A DNA stretch of 63,477 nt, filler included, from Asterionella formosa (Eukaryota), in NCBI GenBank assembly GCA_002256025.1. It is 17 parts of 17 records of this genome, joined end to end, with 100 filler letters (N's around TTAATTAATTAA, not from the genome) between each part and the next. Parts side by side here need not be neighbours in the genome. Positions count along the whole stretch, not along the records: positions 1 to 21,140 come from NKIB01003086.1; 16 more parts are not named here. The stretch is one strand, 5' to 3'. Under the pieces are notes generated by a model. That model was not told the origin of the DNA, made no database searches, and was given only the letters and a program-made list of their open reading frames with translations. Both the position numbers and the translations under genes were made by a program. Positions 1 to 11,808 of this stretch are shown in pieces; position 1 is the stretch's first letter, and each line of letters starts with the position of its first letter.

Positions 1-420
1 ATGTGAAGGTGATCACATAATATAGTGATGATCAGGAATGCATGCATGATACTTTGATCAAATATTTAACGTGATGTATTCAGATAATATATAGACATGT
101 TCAACTACGTATTTTGATGTATTCAACTAATTCATGTGATGCATTCAAAATCAACTAGGCTTATTTACGTGATGGTCACTTCACGTAATACGCGGCTTAG
201 ATGTAGGTTAGACGAGTGATGCACAATTCAAAACAACGAAGTTACGACGAGATTTAGCACTTTCACAGTATGGTACTCTCTACACTACGGCAATCTGTAG
301 TTCGAACTAATTTTTAAAATTCTCTTTATATAATCATATCAATTAATAGTCCATTGACATTTTCAAAATGACTCTTTTGCTTACTATGATTAGTACTGAT
401 CCAGTTGATGACTAACTTAT

Positions 421-518
421 GACTAGAAAATCTACTGACAACAACTGGAAGTTGCTGAAAACGACTAGAATTATCAGACAATAACTAGAAATTGCTGACT
501 AGGAGTAGAAGTTACTGA
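421..518. repeat. Degenerate ~21-bp tandem repeat, about 5 units
   Basis: Units such as ACTAGAAAATCTACTGACAAC, ACTGGAAGTTGCTGAAAACG, ACTAGAAATTGCTGACTAGG recur in tandem. Confidence 0.6.
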
Positions 519-1222
519 TTGGTGAATTCCATTAGTAGGCATGGGACGAGTCATTGGGAATGAGTCGAAACTGAACAAGTGCGCGTAAAACGTACGCTAC
601 CGGTACTGGTACTAGTACTCTCGTACTTGGTTCCAGGGTACCTGGTACCAGGTACTTGGTACCAGGCACGATACCAGCATCGATTTGCGTGCTGTAGGGT
701 ATACATGTGTACGTCGGGTATCATGATGCCTGCCTGAAGAAATGCTTACCAGGTATACTACCGATACACAGCGGGCACTACAAGTTTTAATAATGGTACC
801 TGGTACCTGGTACTAGGGACTGGTACCAGGTACCACAATATGTCCGATGATGCATATGCTTTTCACAGCAGGCGTCAATTTAGTAAGTACCCGGTATGCT
901 CGTTGTTTTGAAGTTTGAATTTTGTCTTTGGTGACGTTGCAACCAGGTAGGGGTACCAGGTTCCAGATACCCTGGTACGCACCAGGAGTTGCTGGCTAGC
1001 TGGTAACATACCAATACAGCCCAGGGCGGCTGGCCCGTTTTTTCTGTTCGGCATGATTACCCCCTTCAATTCGTTCCCATCATCATCGCTCGCTCACATG
1101 ATACATGGAAGCCCCAGCCAAGAGAGTAGGTTACCGGTATGTCTGATGCATATGGTTTTCAGTCGCCATGATCAGTGCCATTACGACCTCTTTATGAAAT
1201 TAGAATTGCAAGAATAAGCAAG

Positions 1223-3697
1223 ATGCAAACGGACAAGCAACAAGATCATTCATCGGCGGGAGAGAAAGCACTCTCAAACGTGCACATACTTGATGCAGCA
1301 TCCGAAAGAATCCAATCCAACAATGAAATTCCGCAGGAGCTGACGGCTGATTCAGTCTACGATTTCTACGTAAACCAACTCTACCCAGCCATTAAGGCTT
1401 CCCTTCCCCTTCTGCTGCATCGGGTATCGGCTGATCTTAAAGCTGTGCTGGCAGCTGCCTCCACGAAAGCAATGTATTTCTTGCTTCCAAACACGCAACA
1501 TGCTTGGTCGACTCCAACTCTGCAAGATCTCCTCGATCAAGCGATGGAATCATCATCTAACTCGACGGTGGCGGAGTTCATGCTTCGGTATTTTGATACC
1601 AACAAGGACGGTCATATTAGTCCAGCCGAGCTTCTCAACATGACAGAGATTCTGCCAAGGATACGATCGCATTATCCTCAAACATGGTTTCAATGGTTTT
1701 ACAGATCCTGGCCATTGATGGATTGGCAAGTAGGTGTATTTCTGTGGCAAACTTGCGGTGGACTTCTGCTTCTTATTGCGTTTGCAACACTCTTGCCCGG
1801 GCGGCTACACGGGGTTCTCGGAAAAATTCTCAGATGGCCTGTTCTTGGGTTGACTTACTTTCTGATTGGCGTGGAACTCATCGTCTACATTATTATCAGA
1901 TTATTCATTCGGATTGTCGAGGCCATCTTTGCGAGTCCGAAGCATCGCGCATTGAGGCGCAAGATTCGACATGCAAAGTCATATGATGAATGGTATGCGT
2001 TGGCATCTGAGCTCGACATTTCTCAAGGCAGAGACAAATGGAAGCGAGTAATAAACGATGATACATCGTACCGCTATAACTGGTCCTTTATCAAGTCGTT
2101 GATTATAGATATGAGGAAGGCGCGATCAAAACACGATTCGTTGATGGTGCTTGCTGTGCTGCAACAGTGTACTCGAAAAAACGTTGGAGGAATAATGAGC
2201 GAAGAAAGCTTCTCCTTTACCAATACAGGAGAACCAAAACTTATTGTGCGAGAGTTTGTTGAGGAAGTCGTAGCTACAATACGTTGGGTTACTGAAGAGG
2301 CGCTGAAGAATGCTGATGATGAAGGGTGGCATTCTCCTGAGGATATCAGAGAACATGATAAGCGCAGCTACGACGAGCGTTTGCGGCGAAAGGCAATGCA
2401 AGAAAAACAAAAAGTTTGGGCTTCCTTAGTTTCCTGGGCAACGCTCAATTTGATGGATGATAAAAGCGAGAGACCAATGCCACAAACTTCATTGCGAGAA
2501 GTCAAAGGCATTAAACCATCAAGCGATGAGACCAGCTCTGGGTCAAACACTCCGACAACAGGAGCTTCATTGAACGGGTTAATTCAGCTGTCGGAACTCC
2601 CAGCTTTTCATAGGGAGAAGGTCCGGAATTTTCTCAAACGTGCAAGAGAAGCATATGGAAGAACTGCCCTCTGCTTGAGTGGTGGTGCTATGATGGGATT
2701 ATATCATTTTGGAATCGTCAAAGCGCTATTAGACAAGAAATGCTTACCAAAAATCATTTCTGGGACTTCAGCCGGTGCTGTTATAGCTGCAATTGTCTGC
2801 ACAAGAACAGACGAAGAACTTCGGAGGGACTTGGAACCTGAAACTCTGTCAAAACAGATGACATGCTTTGCCCTTCCTTGGTCAGAACGAATGAAGAACC
2901 TTGCGAAGAATGGACACATGTTCAACTATTCAGACTGGCGTGAGCTTATTTCTTGGATGACATGTGGAGATATGACGTTTGAGGAGGCCTATAACAAGAC
3001 TGGCCGCATCTTTTGCATCACGTTGTCGGCCACAACAAAGAAAGCTCCTCCAATCCTTCTCAATTATATTTCAGCGCCCAATGTTGTTGTTGCCACAGCT
3101 GTAATAGCCAGCGCTGCCGTCCCAGGATTCATTCCCCCAGTTCGTTTGCAAATTAAAGAAAACGGTGTCATACGAGATCAAGGAAGCCAGGATGAGCTCT
3201 ATTGGGATGGTAGCATTGAGCAAGACATCCCGACATCCGGCTTGGCAGAAATGCTCAATTGCCAGTTTTTTATTGCCGCTCAATGCAATCCTCATATTGT
3301 CCCATTCTTCTACAATTGCAAAGGAGGAGTTGGAAGGCCAACACGGTGGTCTAGTGGTGATCGTGAAGATGCCTGGAGGGGAGGATTTTTGTTGAGCGCT
3401 TTGGAGCTTTATTTAAAATCTGATATGAAAGCTAAATTCCAGTTTCTGAACGATATCGAGTCGGCTGTTGGCTTCACGTCAACACTCTTTACCCAGCATT
3501 ACGAGGGATCCACAACCATTGTACCTCAAGTGGGCTTCATTGACTACACCAAGCTTTTTTCAGATCCTAACCTAAGTGACATTCATCGTTGCATCCAAGT
3601 GGGGTCGATCGCTGCTTACGAGCACAAGGAAATGATCGAATTGCACCAGCTGCTTGCGAACGAGCTCGACCGATGTATCGTTCTACTAGAAGACTAA
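1223..3697 (+). CDS. Patatin-family triacylglycerol lipase (SDP1/Tgl4-like) with N-terminal EF-hand and hydrophobic segments
   Basis: Oxyanion motif LSGGAMMG, nucleophile GTSAG, catalytic WDG; DUF3336-like region (AKSYDEWYALASELD); EF-hand DTNKDGHISPAE. First ATG at 1223 (ORF track starts at GTG 1175). Confidence 0.9.
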   Translation: MQTDKQQDHSSAGEKALSNVHILDAASERIQSNNEIPQELTADSVYDFYVNQLYPAIKASLPLLLHRVSADLKAVLAAASTKAMYFLLPNTQHAWSTPTLQDLLDQAMESSSNSTVAEFMLRYFDTNKDGHISPAELLNMTEILPRIRSHYPQTWFQWFYRSWPLMDWQVGVFLWQTCGGLLLLIAFATLLPGRLHGVLGKILRWPVLGLTYFLIGVELIVYIIIRLFIRIVEAIFASPKHRALRRKIRHAKSYDEWYALASELDISQGRDKWKRVINDDTSYRYNWSFIKSLIIDMRKARSKHDSLMVLAVLQQCTRKNVGGIMSEESFSFTNTGEPKLIVREFVEEVVATIRWVTEEALKNADDEGWHSPEDIREHDKRSYDERLRRKAMQEKQKVWASLVSWATLNLMDDKSERPMPQTSLREVKGIKPSSDETSSGSNTPTTGASLNGLIQLSELPAFHREKVRNFLKRAREAYGRTALCLSGGAMMGLYHFGIVKALLDKKCLPKIISGTSAGAVIAAIVCTRTDEELRRDLEPETLSKQMTCFALPWSERMKNLAKNGHMFNYSDWRELISWMTCGDMTFEEAYNKTGRIFCITLSATTKKAPPILLNYISAPNVVVATAVIASAAVPGFIPPVRLQIKENGVIRDQGSQDELYWDGSIEQDIPTSGLAEMLNCQFFIAAQCNPHIVPFFYNCKGGVGRPTRWSSGDREDAWRGGFLLSALELYLKSDMKAKFQFLNDIESAVGFTSTLFTQHYEGSTTIVPQVGFIDYTKLFSDPNLSDIHRCIQVGSIAAYEHKEMIELHQLLANELDRCIVLLED

Positions 3698-3809
3698 TAG
3701 CTATAATTGATTCAGTTTTCGATGGAATGGAAACTGATCATCGAAAACACCAGCAGAGTAACTGCTTCCAGTCAACGCAATAACAATATGGCTAATAATA
3801 ACTGAAAAA

Positions 3810-6800
3810 CTAAAGAAGTTCATCCCAGTCTATCGCGTCAATCTTTGAATAATGCTTCCCGTCAATGCCTTCCTCTCGTCTGATTTGATAGTATTTTTCT
3901 GGCATGCTGAACCCAGTGTGAGTAGATAGCTCCGTTTTCATCATGGAAACAAACTCTTCGTCATGAGTAATTGCAACAAGCTGAAAGTTCCTCTGCTTGG
4001 ACCGAGAAGCAATGATCTGAGCTAGTGCGATTGCGAGACCGCGCTTGTTGGCATAGTCTAGATTGACTGCAGGTTAATTCAAAGTTAGCATATTCTTTCA
4101 GGATACGTACAAGTCTTGTGTAATACGACAGGTCACCAGCAGCCTTAACAACGAACACTCACCTGTGGGTTCATCCAGAGCAATACAGCCGAAGTTGACA
4201 CAAAATGTTTCAGCTAGAGCGAGACGGATCACAAGACTAGCCAACACACGTTGGCCAGCGCTGCAACGACCGCGCATATCAAGTTGAGTTGTGCCCTTGA
4301 CCATGACCACCCTGTAGTTGTATGACTTTGCAGTGCCCTTTTCTTCTCCAGACTAGACCACACTTGGTGAGAGATGACTAAGAGAAAGTTGAAGATGCAA
4401 TTGCACTGAGATTTTCACGTACCACAATTTCAATGTTGTTGATATCCTCTCCCTGATATTCAAATAGTTATGAGTGAGTTTGATTGGTAATGCGGCCAAC
4501 ATATGAGTGAACAGTAAGATATTACCTTGTATGTCAGGGTCCAGAGCTCGCGAATAATCTTGTTGATTTCTCCGATTTTAATTCCATGATAGCGAATGAG
4601 AGCCTTGTCAAGGGCATTGTGATATTTTTCAAGGTCAGAACATGCAATCACCGTTGTTTCTTGCTTGATTCTTGCCTGGCGATGTCGCTCATCAATGTCT
4701 TTGTACTCGGGCTGTGTTAATTTGCGCTGACCAAGAAGAAATGATGGCTGTGAGGTTGGTGATTGAAGAGTGGCTCAAATAAGCAGGCGCGATCAGCTTA
4801 CCTTCAACGTGCGAATTTGTTCAATCGAACCACTGCGGCGTCCCTCTTTGCGTGCCTTCTTGTCAAGAAGGTCAACAATGCGAGCAGAGGCCTCGTCCAA
4901 CTCTTTAGCTGCCGTATCGTACCCTTCAATCTTTTCTTTCTCGTTCTCAAAACTTTCGATTTCTTTCTTCAGATCTTCGATTCGATGAGTTGCCTCAAGT
5001 AGACTTATGTTCTCCTGGATTAGTTTTCGATGGCGCTCTTGGTCCTCAATACTCCGGTTGAGACTTTCGAGTTCTGGCTCAAGCTCCTGAAGTTGAGACC
5101 GTTTTTCTGCCACGCGACCCTTGAGCTTGTCGATTTCTTCGTTGAGGGCTTCGAGACTGTTGCTGTCAATGCAACGCTTAGCATTTCGAATGATTTCAGT
5201 GTTCAAAGACCGGAGATCAGATACGTCATTGTTGAAGTTGATCAGTATTCCACTGAGACGATCTTCTTCATCCTTTGCAAGGTCGCGATGTTTCTGTTTT
5301 TCGTTTTCCTTTTTCTTTATGACAGGCTTTAGTTTCAAGATATTTTCGTGCAACTCCTTGTCAAGCTCGCCGCACCTTGAGATTATTTCCTGGAGTTCAT
5401 CCTTTCGCTCCTGGGCCTTTCGCTCTTCAGCATACTTGATTTCTTTTTCTCTCACTCGCTGCTCTGTATTGGCAGCCTAGAGCATATTAGTTAGCAAATG
5501 AGTACCGGTAAGCGTATTTGGGGCAAAAATTATTTTTTACAGGGGAATACATACCTGAGTGGAGATGTTACCGATGTTGGTGTTGATGGCGGACATCTCC
5601 TTGTTGAGGCGATTAATCTTATTCATAAGATTGTCTTTTTCTTCCATCTTGCTTTCAACATCGCGTTCAACCGTGCGTAAATTACGATTATTCGTATTCG
5701 AAACTGAAGTCATAGAAAGGGAAAGATCTGTATTCTTTTGACTGATTCGCATTTTCTTGCCTGCAATTTTACCCGCTTCGTCCAACCATCGTTTGGTTAA
5801 TTCGACCAGACTTCTAAAGTCGTTGAATTGAATCTGAGTGGCAGCGTGCTCCTCATTCAGTGTGTCGAGCTGGGACTGGTGAGACAAAACCGACGCGGTC
5901 ATTTCACTTATTGTTGCCTCCAAACTTCCCAATTCTGCTGTGATACGTGCGTGTTCCATCAATTCTGGTATTATTTCATTAATAGAGTTGCGCCAAGTCT
6001 GATAGTTCTTTTTCGCTGCACGGACCCTGTTGGCATTTTCCTTGTTCAACTGCAAAAGTGGCGAGCGCTCTTTGTCACCAAAACCAGCCATGGTATCTTG
6101 AAAAATCTTGATAGAGTCCATATCTTTATTGAAACTTCTTGTGCAGCAAGGGCAAATCACATCTTGCAACTCTCCGTGATCGTCCATAATTTTCGCCTTC
6201 GTTGGAGATATTAGACTAAACAACATTGAGAAACAACCACATTTACTCGCAATCTTACCAGTTTTTTGATCTGCTTGAATAACTTGAACAAAACATCGCC
6301 TGTCAGGCCTTCAACTGATTGTTCGTTGATATTCTCAAGTTGAGCGGTAATATGATTGATCGCGCTTTGAGGATCATTTTCATCAATGGTTGTTGAAAAA
6401 CCGTTTTCCAGCTCAAATCTCTTGATAGTTTTGATTATCCGTTGGTATTTTCCATAGCTTCCGTTTTCGCTGTTCATGACCTTAATCTTGATGGCTAGAC
6501 TTTCAAAAGTCTGATGGTTATGAGTTAGCAAGGCTGACTTTTGTGAAACAATCTGCTGCTTGGAGGTAATGTCACCCGCCGTTTTGGATAGAGTGTTGCT
6601 AGCATCATCAAACCTATCGGAGACGAAAGAAGCTAGCTTCTCCAACTTCTCAACAAGCACCTCACCGGCTTCATCGTCTTCTGAAATCTGAATTGGATCT
6701 GGGATCTGGATATTGTATTTCTGAAAGTCAAATGAATTGTCGCGAATGAAATCTCGCAAATTATCAATATCTTTTGTGCTCTGATCTTTAAGGACTTCAA

Positions 6801-8786
6801 TTTCGTTGTGGGCGTCGGCGCAACGGCGTAGGTCACGAAGTACCTGCTGGTCATCATCGATCAACCGCTTGAGCTTGTCTATCTTCTCATCAAGGCTTCG
6901 AATTTCTAGCGGAATTTCAGTCTTTCTTGGATCATTGTTGGCCTCATCACGACGTTTTGCTGCGAAAATGTGAGAACGTGAGATCTGGCCTGGTCCAATC
7001 AACAAGGCAAACTAGATCGATACATACCAAAACTCTCAGCCTGGCGACGAATTTCCTCGATATCGCTTTTTCGAATACGAGAAACGCTAGAGTGCTGCGA
7101 GTTCAGGTTTGACAGCTCTTGCCGAGCGCTTTGCTGCTCCTTCGCATTCTTTTCGCAGTCTGCATCGAATTTGAGAAACAGTTAGCATAGTATGATCGAA
7201 AATTGTACCAAACGGTAAATCGAGTATTTGGACTCACCGCTTTCAATCGCCTTTTGCTTGGCGAGTAAGTCGCTCAATGACACGGTCATTCTATCTTCAT
7301 CGAATTGGGCTTGGGACTTGTGATTTTTGAGGCTATCGCTAAAATCAGTTTCCTTCCTCCTAACGGCATTCATAAATGCTTCCATATCCTCTTCAGATAT
7401 AGAGATAACGCTATTCTGTGTTCCTCCGCTGGCAACGGTATCACTTGTGGATGTTCCCTGGGTCCCACTCATTGTAGGAGCATTTTGTGTCTGCGTCACA
7501 GCCAATTCGATGCCATAAATGTCAGCGATTTTCTCCATTTTGGCAAGGCGTTGCTTGACTCTATACTCGTGCTGTTCGCGCTCCGCAACAACTTTTCCAA
7601 TCGTCCCCTGTAGTTTGCTCTCTTCCTTGTAGAATCCTTCAATGTCGCCTTTTAGTCGTTTGCATGCATTAGCCAAGTCGTCTTTGCGGACGACCTGATT
7701 TCGCATCTCGTCATCAAAGTCGCCAAGCATTTCTTTGAGTTCTCGGTGCGTATGCTTCCCTGTAAGGTCATCCTTTCCGAGCATCGACTTTTGTTTTGTC
7801 ATAACCATCATCTCCGCGTCAAGAGAAGTCTGTGCATCTTCGATTTCGTTGGTAACTTCTTCGATTTGGTCCAGGACCTTGGTGGCATCCGCTTTCTTTT
7901 GTTCCGCCAGTTTCATCGCTTCTCGGTTCTTGGCGAGTTCCTCCTCAAATTCTTCCAGCTCCTCCTGTAGCTCATCAAGCTCGTGGCGAAACCCCTTGGC
8001 AGCATGTTGATGACCAGCCAATAGCGCAACATCAGCTTTCAAATCCTTGGCCTTCGAGACGTATTCCTTCTTTATATCCATAATGTGCTTGAGAGCCTTT
8101 GCGTACCGAGTCGAATCAAAAATATCGTCGAATTTCTTCTTCACGTCGCTTGACTGCTGAAGAGGCCAACTCGAATCTTCTTGGTGGCAAAACACCACGT
8201 GCTCCAAAATCGGGCTGGTAACCCCGAGTAGCAACGGAAGCTGCCGATCCATTTCCGAACATTTGTGCGACATGCTGATGCGCTCCCCAGTGTCCGGATT
8301 AGTGGTACGAAGCACGCCATCTAGAGCCTTGAAGGTCAACGTCGACTTCTTCTGGGTCACTTCCATGGAACGTACCATCACCATGGAGTTTCCGGCGCGG
8401 TTTGTGAAGCGGAGTTTAATGTTTGCTTTGACGTTTGCTTGACCGATGGACTGTGGATCGTGGATGAACGATTGTCCAGCTTTTGCACCGGGGGGTAAGG
8501 ACCCAGTCACAGCGTACTTGAGACACTCGATCACGGTTGTTCTGTCAATGACAAGGGTCAGACAAGAACGACACGATGCGCAATGATGCAGAGTTAGCAG
8601 GAAAAGCAACGAATAGCGGAACACGGAATACAATCAAGCATGGTTGTCAACTGATCCGACTCACTTGCCACAGCCATTCGCCCCAACAATGATGGTGAAC
8701 GGAAACATGAACTCGATGACTTGCTCGTCGTCTTCCGGCGAGAAAGCTCGCACTCCTCGAATAGAAAGTTTGTTGATTGATGCCAT
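3810..8786 (-). CDS. RAD50: DNA repair protein RAD50, multi-exon
   Basis: Starts [17 protein letters not shown]; Walker A GANGCGK/TT split by a GT-AG intron (8664-8542); Q-loop VFCHQED; coiled coils; zinc hook CPCC; signature [10 protein letters not shown]; Walker B ALDEPT; H-loop ITHDEEF; stop TAG at 3812-3810. Confidence 0.97.
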
Positions 8787-9793
8787 GATTCTCGAGTACC
8801 GTACCGGTACGTCTATTCAATAGGAAAACGTCAATGCACAGTGACCTTGCAAGGTATCTTTGGCTATCTCCAGCGTTGCGTTCCTGTTGAGATTTTCCCC
8901 TGGCTGGTTATGACGACAGTCAGTACAACTGCTCGTCTCGTTATCAATCAGAAATGAATACCGGTACCTGGTAGAGTACATTCGTGCCTCAACATAAATA
9001 TGATCATGGGTGATGCAGGCGAAAGTAACAACATGATTTATTTCGGCTGCCGGTACCTGGTATGGTACGTATCCACATCAGGATACGATGCATTTTTAAA
9101 TACTCATATATGAATATATACATCTACTTATAATACCAGATGCGAATACCGATACCGGTATGTATGATGGTTGACACGCACATGAACCGACTTGACACCA
9201 TTTTATTTCTAATGTGTATTATTTAGTACAAGTACAAGTACCGGCATGCTCAGGAGTATAACATACCGTTCTCCAATTATAAATATTTATTATTTTATAG
9301 AAGGTCCACAATGATGGCGCTGGCTGGTGGCAGACAAGGAAAAAAGTAGCCAGCACAAGCAGCGCGAAAACTGTCAGGTATTTATTTCCTCTGTCCAGAA
9401 TTTCTTGCTGGCACGATTTTCTCCAACTCAATGCCTATTGTGAGGCAAGCCCCAAGTTACAGATCCATGCATTGTATGATATAAATATACATGTGGAAAG
9501 ATCAAATTGGTAAGTAGCTCTACATTTGAAGAAACATGTAAGTAGCTCTGCAAAGATTTGAGCATTTTCAGGATTTTTGTATCTTGCCAGAAAGGTAGAT
9601 ACACAAATATGTACTACTACTGTTGATATCGACTCTCAGGAAGCTGAAACAGAGAGTTACATAGTTTACTATTTGAATGACGAAAGGGAAACAATTTTGA
9701 AACAAATTGATAAAGGAGTGGTAGGTTAAAATTTAAATTGTTCTGCTTTGCTGAAGCTCATGTCCTATACTCATGGTTGAAAATACTTTCATT

Positions 9794-10732
9794 TCAGCAT
9801 GGTTCGGCAGACTGGCTGGTATCGACCTCATCTAGGTCTGCTCTAGCATTCGCCGCACGACGCCACCAAAAAATTCCGACCGCAATTGCAAAAATGCCAC
9901 CAGCAGACGAAGCACCTGCAATCACGTAGGCGGGTTTTGAGCTAGATGACGTATATTTTGGTGTGTCTCCCTTGTCGCTACTGGAATCACCATTAATGTC
10001 TCCAATTGTCAAAACGGACGGAGTGAAGTCTGAGTTGGGGATTTGAATCGGGCTTGAAGTAGGGGCAACAGTGGGCTTCACAGGCCTTTCAGTTTGTGTC
10101 ACAACAGTCTGAGTCGACGTTGGGTTAGATGTCGCGGTAGCTGGAGATAGGATGGGGTTCCCTGTTATTATCATATCAATGGAGAAACACGAAGGGGTTT
10201 GCGATTGGATGAGACCACCTGTTGGGGCAGTTGAAGGGGTCTCAGACTGGGCGGTGGAAGGACTGATGGAAAGATCGGCAGTTGGTAGACTAGATGGTCC
10301 CACAGAAGGCACTTCAGTAGGAGTCTTCGATGGTGTCGATGATGGCGAATGAGAAGGGGGCTGTGTGGGTGGAATTTTCCAGATGCACTTGCGCGTTCCA
10401 ATGAAACTGATTGTAGCACAAACTTCTGAAGTGAGGGCAAGTGGACATATCTTGTCATCTCCGGAGCTGGTAGCAACCGATTCGCACTTGTTGTTCTCCC
10501 AGAGACATGGCAGCTGGGTAAAGATTGATGAGGTGCGACACTTCTGTTCAGTGTTGACATTTGCACATAGTTGGCTCTGGTCCATGTCCAAAGGAAAACC
10601 GCAATATGGAGTAAGGAAGATGAGATCACGACGAGTGTTATCATCGTTGGTGATGGCAGCAGCTCGCAGGTTTAGAGCGACAGCCTGCGACAGCAGGGTG
10701 GAGATCAAAAGGAGGAGTGCACAAGAAACCAT
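9794..10732 (-). CDS. Type I membrane / cell-surface protein with Cys-rich head and Pro/Ser/Thr-rich stalk
   Basis: Signal peptide MVSCALLLLISTLLSQAVA; two C..C..CxW modules; PSxxPS/PT repeats; TM helix YVIAGASSAGGIFAIAVGIFWW followed by RR and a short tail. Confidence 0.8.
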   Translation of the reverse strand: MVSCALLLLISTLLSQAVALNLRAAAITNDDNTRRDLIFLTPYCGFPLDMDQSQLCANVNTEQKCRTSSIFTQLPCLWENNKCESVATSSGDDKICPLALTSEVCATISFIGTRKCIWKIPPTQPPSHSPSSTPSKTPTEVPSVGPSSLPTADLSISPSTAQSETPSTAPTGGLIQSQTPSCFSIDMIITGNPILSPATATSNPTSTQTVVTQTERPVKPTVAPTSSPIQIPNSDFTPSVLTIGDINGDSSSDKGDTPKYTSSSSKPAYVIAGASSAGGIFAIAVGIFWWRRAANARADLDEVDTSQSAEPC

Positions 10733-11808
10733 ATTACTGTAAGTTAGGATGAAATTGGTTTCAGTGTCAACGATTGAGAATTATGTGCAAACAGATAACA
10801 ATCTTTCAGGATGTAGAATGAATGTGTTGCACAAATCTGACAGGTAACGATCAAACGACCTGACCGGCAGTTTCACCTGTCGCTCCTTTCCCATCTGAAG
10901 CCTCATGTCATGGAAACCGCTCTGGTGCGAGAGCCTCTGTGATGCATTTGGAAAGGATTAAATCAGAGAGTGGTGAGACGACTGATGGAGGTAGTTTTTC
11001 TTAATCATAGAAGGCCAGTTCGTCGATGATGAATCGATGCCATGAGAATGAAACTCCAAGAAACAGGTTGTAGGTCGTTTATGTGAGATTTCGTGGTCTA
11101 TGCATGTCTGCAAGTTGCGGTCATTTTGCTTACTTAAATGAACAATTAAATATTGGATAAAGATAGCTATATATTTAGCTTCATTACAAACATCGCAACC
11201 TGCTGGTACGGAGTTCATATGCAAGTAGCTTTTTATCAAACCCTCCTCATCCTCCTGGGGATTTAACATACTGGTAGCTAAATTTCTCTTTTACCGCCAC
11301 TTGCTGGTAGCTAATTGATGCCTACATCTAATTCATCCATAAAATGGCAGCCATAATTTGATATACCGGTAATCACTACATACATACTGGTGCCATACTG
11401 GTACCTGTTACCACCTGATGACCTTCTATCGGAATACTGTACCAGGTACCAGGTACCCTGGTACTGTATCCGGGATTACCTCTACATACTGGTAATGATA
11501 TGAATTTATTTTATCGCACACCATACGATAGCCACCCACAACTTATGATGGCTGGTATTTTAATATTTTGTTATTGGTTTTTAAACCATACTTCCGGTGC
11601 CTATTAATTAATGTGTGTGATTAATTTTTGCTTGTTTATTTATTTATTTACATGAATCGCCGGAGTTTCCTGATCGCACCTGTTGCTTCTTCCAACCGAA
11701 ACTGTTAAGTATAGCGACGAGTAGAAGCAAGCACTTACCAGTATATTGAATAAGAAAAGGAGTAGGTAACCCTTCTTACATTCCGGTAGTTTCTCTTTAT
11801 CTCCAACA

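Noticed and set aside
4763..8010. Short plus-strand ORFs opposite RAD50 and similar shadow ORFs in other genes
   Set aside because: Antisense or alternate-frame by-products with no motifs.
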